Source of the DNA: Octopus sinensis
Taxonomy: Eukaryota
Reading direction: 5' to 3'
Assembly (NCBI RefSeq): GCF_006345805.1
Contig: NC_043019.1
Span: 21,761,360 to 21,825,359 of the forward strand
DNA length: 64,000 nt
The position numbers and the translations under genes were made by a program. Positions 26,192-40,954 of this stretch are shown here, one piece after another. The notes below the pieces were generated by a model that made no database searches, was not told the DNA's origin, and was given only the letters and a program-made list of their open reading frames with translations. Numbering within the stretch: position 1 is the stretch's first letter; the number at the start of each line of letters is the position of its first letter.

Positions 26192-27287
26192 CCTCACCTT
26201 GTTATTGTGTTGATTGATAACACCAATGTAGTGTTACTGTTGTTTTTTGACACTCTTGTGGAAGATGATTCTACCAGGAAACAATGGAGAGAGGGAAAGA
26301 GAGAGAGACAGAGAGAGAGAAAGGAAGATACTAGCAGAATGAGAAAGAGACAGAGAGGGGAGAGAGAAATTATAAATGGTGATGGAGGAGAAAGAAAAAG
26401 AAAGAAAGGTAAAAGATATTGAAAGGAATGAAGAAAAGTGTATTTGTGAGTGTGTGTGAATGTGTGAGTGCATGAGTGAGTGTGAGTACAAGAAATGCAT
26501 GTGAGTGAGCACATGTGAGTGTGGATGTGTGTGTGTCTGAGCTTGTGTGCATGAGTGTAACAGTGAGTATATCTGTATGTGCATATGTGTGTGCATACAT
26601 GCATGTGTGATCTTGTGTGCATGAGTGTATCAGGGAGTGTGTGTGTGCGTGCACATGCATGTGCATGAGTGATTATGTATGTGTGTGTGTGTGTGCACAT
26701 GCATGTGTGTCAAAGTGTGTGTGTGTGAGAGAGAGAGAATGAGAGAGAAGAAGAGGAAGCAAGAATACTGACAAAAGGTAATGTAGATGATAAATAACCC
26801 CCATCTTACATCAAATAAGACCATTTAACAAAAAAACGAAAAAAAAAACAAAAAAAAAAAAGAAACAAATGTAATGATGTAATAGGTAGAAGATTGATGA
26901 TGAGAAGAATGAGAACCAAAACATCTCTTACAAAGAAATGCCATCATTAAGATCAGCAAAACACCATTTGTTTTAGTCTTTTCATCTGATTTGCTTCTCC
27001 AAAGACTCTTGGGCTATGAACTATATATTTTTTTCTTATGTCTACAAAATGGCTTTAAACTTGAGGAGAAGGATATAAAGAAAACGAGGAGGAGAGAAGG
27101 AAGAAGAAAAGGAGAAAAATATAGAGATGGATAAAGAGAAAAAAAAACATCAGAAAGTTTCGAATGACCATAAGAGTCTTTTCTGACAGATTTGTCTTTT
27201 ATAAATTTTGCATAAGGTTAGAAATTTGAAAGAGAAAAAAAAATAAAGAAAAAAAAGCCCCAAGGACATAAAAAAAACAACAATAGC

Positions 27288-27618
27288 AAGAAGTGTCTTC
27301 TACTATAGCCTCGGGCTGACCAAAGCCTTGTGAGTGGATTTGGTAGACGGAATCTGAAAGAAGCCCGTCGTATATATGTATATATATATATGCATGTGTG
27401 TGTTTGTGTGTCTGTGTTTGTCCCCCTAGCATTGCTTGACAACCGATGCTGGTGTGTTTATGTCCCCGTTACTTATCGGTTTGGCAAAAGAGACCGATAG
27501 AATAAGTACTGGGTTTACAAAAAAAAGAATAAGTTCCGGGGTCGAGTTGCTCGATTAAAGGCGGTGCTCCAGCATGGCTGCAGTCAAATGACTGAAACAA
27601 GAAAAAGAGTAAAAGAGT
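27288..27618 (+). mobile_element. Family-A SINE, 5'-truncated young copy
   Basis: Runs from AAGTGTCTTCTACTATAGCCTCGGG to GACTGAAACAAGAAAAAGAGTAAAAGAG. Confidence 0.85.
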
Positions 27619-28865
27619 ATATGAACTCATTATTTCTAATAGAGTAATTTACAAGTCTGAGCAAGTCCATAGGTTCTTATGTTTCAATCAGGGACCCCCT
27701 TTTTTGAAATTTTTTTTTTTTATCTCATTCTCTCTTTCTCACTCCAAGGTCAAACCCTGCCTGAAAAATTTGTAAATCCCAATTTTAGAAAAAGGCCTGC
27801 TGCATTCCTGCATTATATCATACAAAGTGGCTATAAGTTTTGACAACAGGAAGGACATCTGGCTATAAAACCCAGCCTCAGTAAAAAAAAACTGTCCAAT
27901 TGATGCCAGTGTGAAAAAGTAAACAAAAATGTTGTCGGAGGTAATGAAGATGATGATGAAAATGGCGATGGTGATAATGAAGGAGAATCTTGACTGAAAC
28001 ATTAGAACTTATGTCTCCATCCTACCTCCTCATCTCTTCTGCCTGAACTTCCTTTACAACTTCCTTAACTGAATTTTTCACCCATTACCAACCACCACCA
28101 CCACCACCACCACCACCACTAATTTCATCTACCATCTTCCTTATTACTGAGGTTGATTAACCCTAGGTCAGACCTAACTAAACAGACGAATAAATCTATA
28201 ATGACAGTCTTATTGAGCTAGTATATTTGTATATTAAAATCAATTTCTTTCAGGGGAACAAGAATTCCTAATCAACAGAAACTCTTAATTAAGGGTCAAC
28301 CCCAACAGTACATGTTTACTGTTGATGTTGCTATTTCTTGCTCGTCCTCTTCCCCAGTAGTAGATGTTGTTGAATCTCAAGCTTAGTCTGGGCCCTGCCT
28401 GTCATTGAAGGTAATGAAACTACGACCAATTTGTCTTTTTTTTTTTCCAATATACAATGAACACATGATCACAGTATTCAACCTGTCCTTCTTTTCAAAG
28501 ATATAGTTTGCGATTTCCAGCATGTCAAGTGTCCATAATGAAGTTCTTTCATTGCTTAATACACTTGGTACATAGCTGGCAATTTTCAGGGAAGGACAAT
28601 AGATACCATCAACCCCAGTACTTCACAAGTATTTTATTTTGCTGACCTTGAAAGACAAAGTTGACCCTGGTAAGATTTGAACTCAAAATGTAAAGAGCTG
28701 GAACACATATAGCAAGGTGATTATTCTGATGCACTAATGTTGCTGCCAGCTCACCACCCACACACCTGGATAATAGTAACTTACCACTAACAACAGCAAT
28801 TATGTAATGTTACACTGACACAACAGAATGAATCTTACTCTATTTTCCTATTCCGAGATAAACCT

Positions 28866-29093
28866 TTAACCCTTTCATTACCAACCCAGCTGAAACCAGC
28901 TCTGGCTCTGAGTACAAATGTCTTGTTTTTATAAGTTTTGAATAAAAATCTTCCACCAAACCTTAGTCACAATTTATGTTCCTAACACTAACTGAATGAT
29001 AACTAAGTTATTTTACTAAATTCTTTGTTATCTTTAAAGTAATTCAAAGAAACACAGAGCATCTCAAAATAAATACAGTAACGAAAGGGTTAA
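28866..29093. mobile_element. piggyBac-type MITE (TTAA TSD, CCC...GGG ends)
   Basis: TTAA-CCCTTTCATTAC...GTAACGAAAGGG-TTAA; about 220 bp; non-coding. Confidence 0.8.
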
Positions 29094-32000
29094 TAAATAA
29101 CTACCCTGGACTTCAAATTGCTCATTTTAAAAAAAATTTCATCATTATTATTTTTTTTTTACTTTGCTTTTAAAAAAAGGGCTGTGCCCATTCCCACTTC
29201 TGGAGACTGAGATTGGCGAAGGGAGACTTCAGCCTAAATACTTGTAACAGAGTGATTGGCAGATTATTAAATGAGATTATATGTAGGGATCTGATAAAGA
29301 CACTAAAATGCCAGTTGGTGAGGTTAAACTGCATGATTACTGGATTAAGATCATCTTACAGCAAGTGAGAATTGAGAAAATTTAGGATTTAAAATTTAAA
29401 CAGATAACATATTGGGATTTGCCAAAGCAGCCATGGACAAAACTGTAACCCACAGGATTTTCTGAATGGTATGCCTAACAAAAAAATTACTTTTAACCTT
29501 TTTAGTGGTGCAGCCCACAACATGACAAACCATGTCTCATGCAGCCTGCTTCTTGAGAAAGATTGTCCATGCCTGTGATAAAAGGCACCAGAAGGCAATC
29601 TGATGGTGTGAAACTGGATGGATACAGGATTAAGACTATCTTTCCAACAGCAAGTGAGAATTTGAAAAACTTAAGATTTACAATTAAACCAGATTATATG
29701 TTGTATTAGATATACTTCAGAGACTATTGCCTTCAGCTGTGAAGCGTAACAGATTAAACTCGTTGACAACTAGAAGGAACCAGATAGATTCTATGTAAAA
29801 ATCAAATACACATAATGCTGCCAATAGCACAGAGTATGGAAAGGTTTAAAGAAAATTCCTAAAATGAAATGATAACTTTTAGATGGAGTCAGAAATGAAA
29901 TGATAATAGCGTTATCAGATTTCATCGACTCAAAACTCAAAATGAAAGCCAAGAACATTCAAAAAGGCAAAAAAAAAGTAACAAGAAAGAAAAAAAGAAA
30001 AATGTAACTCTAGATTCAGTTAACCATTAAAAGTTGACTAACAACATGCATTGCCGGGTAGAAAGTAAATTACGTACTCCGATATGAAAAGTGCAATGAT
30101 TCCAATTTAGGCAGTTAGAAAGAACTAAAAAAAAAAAACAAAAACAAAAACAAAGACAAAATTTACTCGCTCGCTTTTAGCTGTTGTTGACACTTTAGCC
30201 TGTAGAGATGATAGTATCTAGCTATTGATTTGTCCCTGTAGTGTAGATGAAATGGAGAGATGATGGATGATGTTGATGGTGGTGGTGGTGGTGCAGAGAA
30301 ATAACTAGGCCAATCCTGCGTTAGCCTTATCGTTTCAAGAATCTAAAGAACTACAACATTACTTTGTCAGCCAATCAATGAAGAGAGAGAATTTTCTGAT
30401 CAGAAGACATTCTAAGAATTTCTCGAGGTATTATTATTTGGTTTAAAAACATTGAGCGAGAGAGAGAGAGAGAGAGAGAGAGGCAGAGACAGACAAACAG
30501 ACAGATAGATAGAGGGAGAGAATAAATATCTGATCAAAGACATCTGTTTATATTTAAAATATTCATGGGATAACTTCAGATTTATTGTGATTTGTTTATT
30601 TATTTATCATTTTGTTTTTAATGTCCTACCACTAAATAATAGGGGGTGGAAATAATTGAATTACAGTTTTATTATAATTATTATTTTGTAGGTAGATTTA
30701 TAAAAAATGCTTTAAAAGTATTTTTAAAAATTTGCCTCAAAAAAGGAAAGAACATGAATATTTTGTTCTAAAAGAAACAAACTTTTTTTGATATTTTCAA
30801 ATATATTTTGATGGAAAAAATATCACTAAATATGTGTATTTATCTAAATTTATCTATATTTATCAATATGTATTTATAACGTGATCAACATGAATTAACT
30901 GCTTAAAGTAGGTTTTGTTTTTTGCTTTTCTATTTTTTTTTTTGTGTATGTAATCTGAAGAAAACATCAGTGGATGATAATCTGCTATAGAAACAACACA
31001 GGAGATTATTAGAGGATGATCCATACATTTGTCAAACAATATTAAGGGCCCAACTCCACATTGTAGGAAAAGTATAAACATACCAAGAAATGCAGCAGTC
31101 AGAACTGAAAGTTACAAACAGGTTGCAGTCAAGGGCTTTTTTGCTTTTTTGATTTTTAAGCTCCCTACACAATTAAATTTACAACAATTTCATTATTTTT
31201 CTTTTTATAAATTGGTCATGTGGTTGAAAAGTTTGCTTCAAAACCATATGGATTTGAGCTCACACCTGGTATGCAGCACCAAGGGCAAGTATCTTCTGGG
31301 CTAAATTAACAACATATTGTGAGAGGACATGGTAAGCAGAAACTGAGCAGATGTCTGTGCTGATTGTAAACAAGTGTTACTGTCATATAAGCAGTGTCAG
31401 TCACATGCAGTCTTCAGTGAAAAACATACCCAGCCATTGTGTTGCTTGTGTTCAAAGGACCAAGAAGAGAAATATTACTCTACTTGGAAACAAGTATTGG
31501 CGACATAAAGAGCATCTCACAATAGAAAATCTGTTTCAAGAAATTTCATCTGACTTGAACAAGCACGGAAAAGTAAGCATTAAAATGATGATGATGATAA
31601 ATATATATATAAATATAGGAACAGGCATGGCCATGTGGTAAGAAGTTTGGTTCCCAACCACATGATTTTGGGCTCAGTCCCACTGTATGGCACCTTGGGC
31701 GAGTGTCTCCTGCTATAGCCTCAGGCTGACCAAAGCATTGTGAGCAGGTTTAGTAGATGGACACTGAAAGAAGCCTGTTGTATATGTGTGTGTATCTTTG
31801 TGTCTATGTTTGTCCCCCACCACCACCACCACCACCACTTGACAACTGGTGTTGATGTGTTTATGTCCTCGTAACTTAACAGTTCAGCAAAAGTGACTGA
31901 TAGAATAAGTACCAGGCTTAAAAAGACTAAAATTCTTCAAAAGATAAAAGATATATATATAACATCATTGTTTTAACATCCACTTTTCTGTGCTTGCATG

Positions 32001-32650
32001 GGTCAGATAGAATTTTGTGGAATCAGATCTTTCTATAACTAGATGCCCTTCCTGATGCCAACCATCACCTGTTTCAAAGTGAGATATTATTACCCCATGA
32101 CCAGATATGTTCTTAACGAAAAATTGTGAACAAAGGACCCTGTTTGCATAACAGAGATATTCACTTCCAACTACCACATGGTGTTAAGGCAAGGAACCAG
32201 TAAAATATACACACACATATATACATAACAAGCTACTTTCAGTTTCTGTCCACCAAATTTACTCACAAGCCTTTGATCAGCCTGGAGCTATAGGAGAAGA
32301 CACTTGCCCAAGGTACCTGTGTGTGTGTGTGTGTAAACTGCTTATTTTACTTTCATATTTCCATACTAGCATGTTTTCAATGAAGATTTATTACTGTGAT
32401 ACTATTTAACAGCTATTTCTGTTGCTAACTCTTACTGATTTTTTGAGCAAGGGATTTTTTTATTCCACGTGTTTTTAAATGTGCAGAGCTACAGGACAAT
32501 TTTTTAATAGGAAATATAAATATAACCTCACCATTTGGACTCAAATAATTTCATGAAAAATTTCAAGAAAGATTGTTTACATTTCATGTTATACACATAC
32601 AAGAGGAAACTGTATGAAAACTCATGTGTGCATGTGTGTGTTTGTCTCTT

Positions 32651-32683
<33 letters not shown>

Positions 32684-33808
32684 GTACCTTGTCTTTATGC
32701 GATGTTGCTTTTAACATGGCACCAGCACTGGTATCAATTCTGCTGTGACAAACAAGTCTTCTTAAGTACAGCAATGCACCAGATATCTCAGTCCTTAGCC
32801 ATGCTTTCATAAGACTCAGATGTTTCTTTATTTACATCCTCTTTAACTCAGCAGAGTTTGACAAAATAGGGACCAACAGATTAAATGCCTGTCTTAAAAA
32901 CATAAATACAAGAGTTGATGTGATTGACTAAAGCCCTTCAAAGTGGTATCCCAGTATGGCCACAATCCAATGATTGAAACAAGCAGAACATTAAGTTGTT
33001 TTAAAATAGTTTGTAAATTCGGATAAACTTGTATGCCATGGAAAGAAGCAAAAGAAAAAGAAGACAGGATGGCCTTGGCTGGAAGGCCTTTAATCATACA
33101 TCTGTTGAATTAAGAATGACATGGGAGTTAAACAACAACAGCACCATCAACAACTTGCAGTCATATTAAACCTGGATCAAGAAATTTGAATGGCAATTGG
33201 CTTAAAGCCATATATTTTTTTTAATGCCGCATCATAAAAAAAGGGGAAGACAACGCATCAACGATGACTAAACAGGGAATACAGAGTTCTTGTCATTGAT
33301 CACAATCATGAAAATTTCCTCTGAGGCAGGAAATTGCGTTTTAAATTCTCTCTTAAACCCAGTGAGATTAAAAGAATTTTTTCTTTACTCACTCCACCCA
33401 TAACAAGCGCTCTCTCTCTCTCTCTTCGTTCCTGCTGCAGTGACATGCAGAAACTGCACCTACCCATCACCTATCTCTCTCTCTTTCTCTCTCCCTTTGT
33501 CACCCTATCTAATCTTACCTTCCTATGTATCTATATCTATAACCCAGTGAGGCACAAGGACAGCTCATTTCTTACATCAATACCTAGCAGCACACCACAG
33601 ATAAAAGCATCCACCAATTACTCAGTTGGCTAGCAATAGCAGCCAAATCTCCCACAAAACACATTCCAATCTCAAAATAAAAAATAAAAAACATAAATTG
33701 GATAATATATTCATATATATATATATATTTATTTTTATTTATTTTATTTTTATTTTATCTAGTTTCAGCTCACGAGCTGTGGCCATGCTGGGGCACCACC
33801 ATATATAT

Positions 33809-35220
<1,412 letters not shown>

Positions 35221-35335
35221 ATATATATATATATGTGTATATATATATATGTATATATATATGTATATACACACATCCATACATCATCATTGTGTGCATA
35301 TATGTCTACATTTATATTTACATATATATCACCAT

Positions 35336-35375
<40 letters not shown>

Positions 35376-36346
35376 TCATCATTTTCCCACGCTGGCATGT
35401 GTTGGATGGTTTGATATCTGATGAACCAAGGGGCTGTACCAAGCTCTAAAGTTTGCTTTGGTATGGTTTCTACAGCTTGATGGCCTTCCTAAAGCTAACT
35501 TCTTCACACAGAGTTTACTGGGTGCTTTTTACAAGACACCAGCAGTAGTAAGATCACAAGGCCGTTGTGAATGGTTAATGAGAGCCTAGGAAAAGTGAAT
35601 ATTATAAGGGTGATAGGAGGAGAGGTAAGTCAGTCTGGTGGTCAGAGATAGAGGTAGGATAAGACCTGCCAGTTTCATGGATCACAGGCCACCGTAACAC
35701 AGAAAAAACAATGGTGTGCTGTGAACATCCACTTATTTGTTTCAGGCACAGTATATCTAAGACTACATTATCTCATGTGTCCTTTCATTTTTCAAGATAG
35801 TAGGGTAGTAGTAATCCAAAATAGATTTTGTTACTTTTTCTTGTAGGACAAGTGACCATACACAGCTCCCACAATAATTCATCCTATATGAGATGGCAAG
35901 GACAAGAGCTAAGTTTCAACCTGAAATTATGTTTCATTCAATGGCATTCTAGCTGTGACTATGCCCTTTTCTTTAGCACAGTATATCTAAGACTACATTA
36001 TCTCAAGTGTCCTTCCACTCAGACAGTATATCCAAAAGTTATTTGCTTGTGTCTTGGGTACACACCTTTTCCTATTTTTATTTTGCAGACTTGATTGTCT
36101 CGTTAAGTTCACTTCCCAGCCACAAGGTTTCTGATGCAGTCTCACTACATAGCATTTTGAGTAAGGGTCTTTTTCAATAGCCCCTAGCCAACAGAAACTC
36201 TCTCTCTCTCTCTCTCCTTGTCTTCATACCATATGGTGATGGTAAGCAATTGTTACTGTCATACAAATGGTGTCATTTGTTTCCTGCCTTCATAAAGTCA
36301 TGTTTGGGTATAGGAAAATATCACCTTGGGTGGAAACTGGTGAATA

Positions 36347-36660
36347 TTAACCCTTTTGTTATCAACCTGGCTGAAACTGCCTCTGGCTCGGTAGTACAAA
36401 TGTCTTGTTTTCAAAAATTCTGAATTAAAATCTTCCACCAAACCTTAGTCACAATTTATGTTCCTAACACTAACTTAATGATGACTAAGTTATTTTACTA
36501 AATTCTTTGTTATATTTAAAATTAATTGGAAGAAACACAGAGCATCTTAAAATAACACTAGCTTAATGATGACTAAGTTATTTTACTAAATTCTTTGTTA
36601 TATTTATATTTAATTGAAAGAAACACAGAGCATCTCAAAAGAAATACAGTAACAAAAGGA
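36347..36660. mobile_element. piggyBac-type MITE with internal tandem duplication and eroded right end
   Basis: Starts TTAA-CCCTTTTGTTATC. The block TAATGATGACTAAGTTATTTTACTAAATTCTTTGTTATATTTA...GAAACACAGAGCATCT occurs twice. Confidence 0.7.
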
Positions 36661-38089
36661 TGTCCAGTCATGCAAGTGTGGAAAGTAAATGTGAACATGA
36701 TGATGATAACGATGATGACAATGTGTCTTTCCAAGATAGATAAAACCTATATATTTTTATTGATACAAATATCATCACCACATCAATTTAGAAATACGCA
36801 TACACAGAGACACTTCCGTTTTACAGAACAGATACAACAAATTATAATAACAATGGAAAAATAAAGAATTAAAAAAGAAACGTTAGAATAAAATAAAATA
36901 AAATAACAAACATGTCAAATCGTTGAATTAAATCCAAACGTAGGTGTAAAGAAAAAGAATGCACATACGCAAACACACTCACACATACAATACAAGACAT
37001 AACTGTCTAATATTCATTGATATGATTACAAGCCAGTCAGAATTTAAAATGAGATTCATTGAAATATTCCTGCTAAAATGTTTTAGTTTGGTATAAATGC
37101 AAATTTCTGTCAATTTTATGTCAAATTTAAAACTTTTTTTGTTTCTTTTCACTCCAAGATTATAATATATATATATCCTTTTCAATCTCTAGGTTAATAT
37201 GATTTTCCCAATGTAAGGTAATAGCCGTATCAGTTATGGAATTGCTTCATTTGGACATATCAGCATAATCTTTCTTGATAAACAAGACATTATATACATT
37301 CTAAATATACAGAGGGTGGTTCTGGGGTCATAGCGAGGATGACAACAACAAAAGAAAATATCTACAAAAAGGAAATAGATATTACAAAAACAAAAATAGA
37401 TTTTCTTTTAGAATGCATTTTGTGAAATAACACACAACCCCCAATAATAGGAATTAATAAAAATTAACAAAAAAGAAAGAAGAGATATATGAGTGAAAGA
37501 TTATGTAAGAGATGGCTTAATTGAAGCTATGAAAATGTGAGGTATTGACTGGGACAACTGATATAATGTGCTAAAAAGGATAAATATTTTCATATCAAAA
37601 ACTGATAAAAATAAAGCATTTTAGACTTTTTAAAAAAAATATTACCACGAAAAGAAACAAAACAAATACGAATAAAAAAAACTATGCAAATTTTAATCCA
37701 AACTTTTTGAAGATATTCCCTGGAAAATTTTATTCTGGATTTCATTTTATTGTAACTTAATGAAAATGTAAATATAAAGGAGTGGCTGTGTGGTAAGAAG
37801 CTTGTTTCCCAACCACATGATTCTGGGTTCAGTCCCAGAATCATGTGGCACTTTGGGCTACTAGTAATACTACTACTACTAATAATAATAATAATAATAA
37901 TAGTAATGATGATAATAATAATTACAACAACAACACTGATAACAATAACAATAATGATGATAATGCTCGTGTTGGTATTGATACTAGAAACGACAGTAAT
38001 AATAGCAGCAATATTACGATTGATTCACTTAATACCACCCTAGCCACTACCAGCACTACCTCATCTCTCCAATTAACCACCGTAGAATC

Positions 38090-38905
38090 AATAACTGCAA
38101 CTGCAGATCCAGGACAGATTGCCCGCTGCAAGCCTAATGCAGAAGATTCAACGTTGTATACCGATGCCCTGTTCACAACATGGTAAATAACTCCTGTAGC
38201 TACTACAGTGGTTCTAGCACCAATTTTAAACAAAGGTATTACACACATTTAAACTCATTTAAATATAAGGAGAATAGTAATTCCACATCACTAGCCAGCC
38301 ATATACACCATCTAATTAATAGAAAAATACAGTATAAACTTTCCTGGGCTATAATAGATTTGGATACCCCATATCAGGGCCAACATTCTAGTTGTGAACT
38401 TTGCTTAAAGAAGCTATCAAAATTCTAACTCACAACTCACCACAATTGCTTAATAAATATGAGGCCTTCACTACATGTAAGAACAAATTCTTCTGCACTT
38501 TTAAATTCTTTCATAAAACTAAATGTAAGCTCACCCCCACATACATACCTATATGATCATTAATGCATACCCCTTCTATATCTCTATAACTCTTATTTCT
38601 ACCTTATGTCCTACCTCATACTTATCTACCGTACCTCATCACACTATGAGATAAATATTAACTCTTCAATTTATCCTTAATTCAATAAATCTCCTACTTT
38701 AAACCTATAACTCTAACTCCCACTCATAAATAATTTAACATTCAACTAGCTCTTCTTTTCATAACTACCTATGCACACACCAACCCACTGCTAAAAATAG
38801 CTCTACAGCCACTGACCTTGGTCAGGATGGACACAAGCAATTGCTTCCAAATCTCCTCCCCGGTAGTAGATGTCTGGTTTGAAACTACCAGACATCTACT
38901 ACTCT
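38090..38905 (+). mobile_element. Penelope-like element (PLE) 3' remnant with GIY-YIG endonuclease
   Basis: Translates to CRSRTDCPLQA*CRRFNVVYRC...YYSGSSTNFKQRYYTHLNSFKYKENSNSTSLASHIHHL...WAII...YQ...CELCLKK, the CxxCPLxGxC / VVY / YxG / CxLC pattern of PLE GIY-YIG domains. It is followed by a CT-rich 3' region and a decayed hammerhead-like end. Confidence 0.8.
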
Positions 38906-38984
38906 CTTTAAATTCCTTTCATTTTGCTCTATTTTTATTTACCCTATCTTCCTCTACCTCTTCATCATCTCTCTTATAATAATA

Positions 38985-39155
38985 AAATAATAATAATAAT
39001 AATTGTGTACAGTGCTCAGGTGCACTACAACTCATCTAAAGTATATATATAATCAGGTGTAGTTTCGGCGGATTTCGGAAAGCATGAGGACCTTAAAGGA
39101 TGCAGTGTCATGGCAGTCAACAACTGATGCAGGCAGTTTATTCCATGCTTCATTC
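38985..39155 (-). mobile_element. CR1 3' end fragment (same family as 62660-63080)
   Basis: Reverse complement gives GCATGGAATAAACTGCCTGCATCAGTTGTT...GTAGTGCACCTGAGCACTGTACACAAT followed by (TAT)n. Confidence 0.75.
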
Positions 39156-39159
39156 CATG

Positions 39160-39742
39160 CTTATATTCTCAGCTACCCCTGTACACAATTCTTAGACACC
39201 ATACACCTATGCACCTTACTTTCTCCTACAGCCAATCCTTAACCCCCCCCCCCACACACACACACACTTTATCTCTCTTTCTATTTATTTCCTTTTCTTT
39301 ACTTTACTTTTACCAATTAACAGCCATCTCTGCTACCATTCTGTTATTGAATGTCTTTTTCTTGGTATGTCTATTATATCAGGACATTAACCCACATGGA
39401 TATGTGCAGGATTGCACCTAACAACTTACGCTCATGAATTTATTGCAGGATTGCACCTAAGGGACACATGCTTTGATTTCCATAACTTCAGAAAGTTCTG
39501 CTATGAACTTTTATGCTTCTTTTTTCTTCTCTTTTTCCATCTCCTTATTCCTTTACTCCCTTCGTCTATGTTGTCATCTTATTGATATATACCATTCTCA
39601 TTTTCCATATTTTTTCCCCTAATTTGTCTCTGATGACAGAATATCCCATAAACAGCTGGAAGATTCCAAATTTCTTCCTTTGATAATATTGTATGCAACT
39701 TGAGATGTTTGCCTTGCCTTAATGTTTGACATCCTGTTTAAC

Positions 39743-39745
<3 letters not shown>
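39160..39745 (+). mobile_element. Decayed PLE-type terminal region with a degenerate hammerhead (39625-39665)
   Basis: A CT-rich tract is followed by TGTCT-CTGATGA-cagaatatccca-tAAA-CAGCTG-gA-AGAT, the same layout as the PLE hammerhead with two core mutations. Confidence 0.45.
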
Positions 39746-39788
<43 letters not shown>

Positions 39789-40224
39789 TTGTGTGTCTGT
39801 GTTTGTCCTCCCACCATCACTTGACAACTGATGTTAGTGTGTTTACATCCCCATAAACTGGCGGTTCAGCAAAAGAGACCGATAGAATAAATACTGAGCT
39901 TACAAAGAATAAGTCCTGGGGTCAATTTGTTCAACTAATGGCAGTGCTCCAGCAAATGACTCAAACAAGTAAGAGAATAGATAAAAGAAAAAATATTTAT
40001 ACACACACACATATTGTCACCATCAACTTTATCTCTCTTTCTAGTTCCATATCAATTACCCCCTACACACACTCACTTATATAATGCAAGGTAGCCATGT
40101 ACCTCTTCTACAACAAAAGACCTGTTCCAGCCCCTTCCTCTCTTTTGCAAGCTACACAGTATCCTCCCTAGTGTTGGTGCCAATCCAAAAACAGCCAGAA
40201 CAGTTTGTGATGTGGATGGTATTA

Positions 40225-40452
40225 GACAGCGAGCTGGCAGAAACATTAGCACGCTGAGCGAAATGCTTAGCGGTATTTCGTCTGCGTTACGTTGTGAGTT
40301 CAAATTCCGCCGAGGTCGACTTTGCCTTTCATCCTTTTGGGGTCGATAAATTAAGTACCAGTGGGGTCGATGTAATCGACTTAATACCAATGTCTGTCCT
40401 TGTTTGTCCCCTCTATGTTTAGCCCCTTGTGGGTAATAAAGAAATAGGTATT
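40225..40452 (+). mobile_element. Family-B SINE with Nin/Deu-like central domain
   Basis: tRNA-like head (GAGCTGGCAGAA...GAGTTCAAATTCC), then GCCGAGGTCGACTTTGCCTTTCATCCTTTTGGGGTCGATAAATTAAGTACCAG, which resembles the Nin/Deu core as recalled. Decayed copies lie near 340, 6195, 11425, 20130, 28590, 48320 and 61270. Confidence 0.75.
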
Positions 40453-40567
40453 AGAGCATTCAGCAGTAGAAACCATGCCAAAGAAGACACATCAGATCTT
40501 GTCAGATTCTAAGATGAACTTTATATTATCCTACCCAAGGACATAAAATATCTATTTTTTTATAAAT

Positions 40568-40954
40568 GCAGGCATGGCTGTATGGTAAGAAGTTTGCTTC
40601 CCAACAACATGGTTCCAAGTACAGTCCCACAGTGTAGAACCATGGGCAAGTGTCTTCTACTATAGCCTTGGGTCAACCAAAACCTTGTGAGTGGGTTTGG
40701 CAGAGGGAAACTGAAAGAAGCCTGTCATGTGTGTGAGTGTGTGTGTGTGTGTGCATGCACATGTTTTTGTGTATGTGTTTATCTTTCACCACAGCTTCAC
40801 AATTGATGTTTGCGTGCTTACATTCCCATAGCTTATCAGTTCATTGAAAAAGACTGATAAAATAAGTACCAGGCTTTAAAAGACTAAAAATTCCTCAAGG
40901 TGGTACCCCAGCATGGCTGCACACAGTCTAATGACTGAAACAGATACAAGATAG
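40568..40954 (+). mobile_element. Family-A SINE, diverged full copy
   Basis: Runs from GCAGGCATGGCTGTATGGTAAGAAG to CAGTCTAATGACTGAAACAGATAC. Confidence 0.75.

Noticed and set aside
25655-26700. Overlapping 100-180 aa ORFs on both strands
   Set aside because: Made of (AG)n, (AGC)n, (TCT)n, (TG)n and polypurine repeats; not credible proteins.
37845-38186. Asn/Thr-rich 113-aa ORF resembling a mucin or prion-like exon
   Set aside because: An (AAT)n-rich tract running into the Penelope GIY-YIG remnant in a different frame; it is on the strand opposite the host gene.
39405-39460. Short direct-repeat pairs: 17 bp with a 22-nt spacer here, 17 bp at 63441-63476, and 39 bp at 35746/35976
   Set aside because: Only two copies each; explained by local slippage or TSD-like duplication within decayed repeats.
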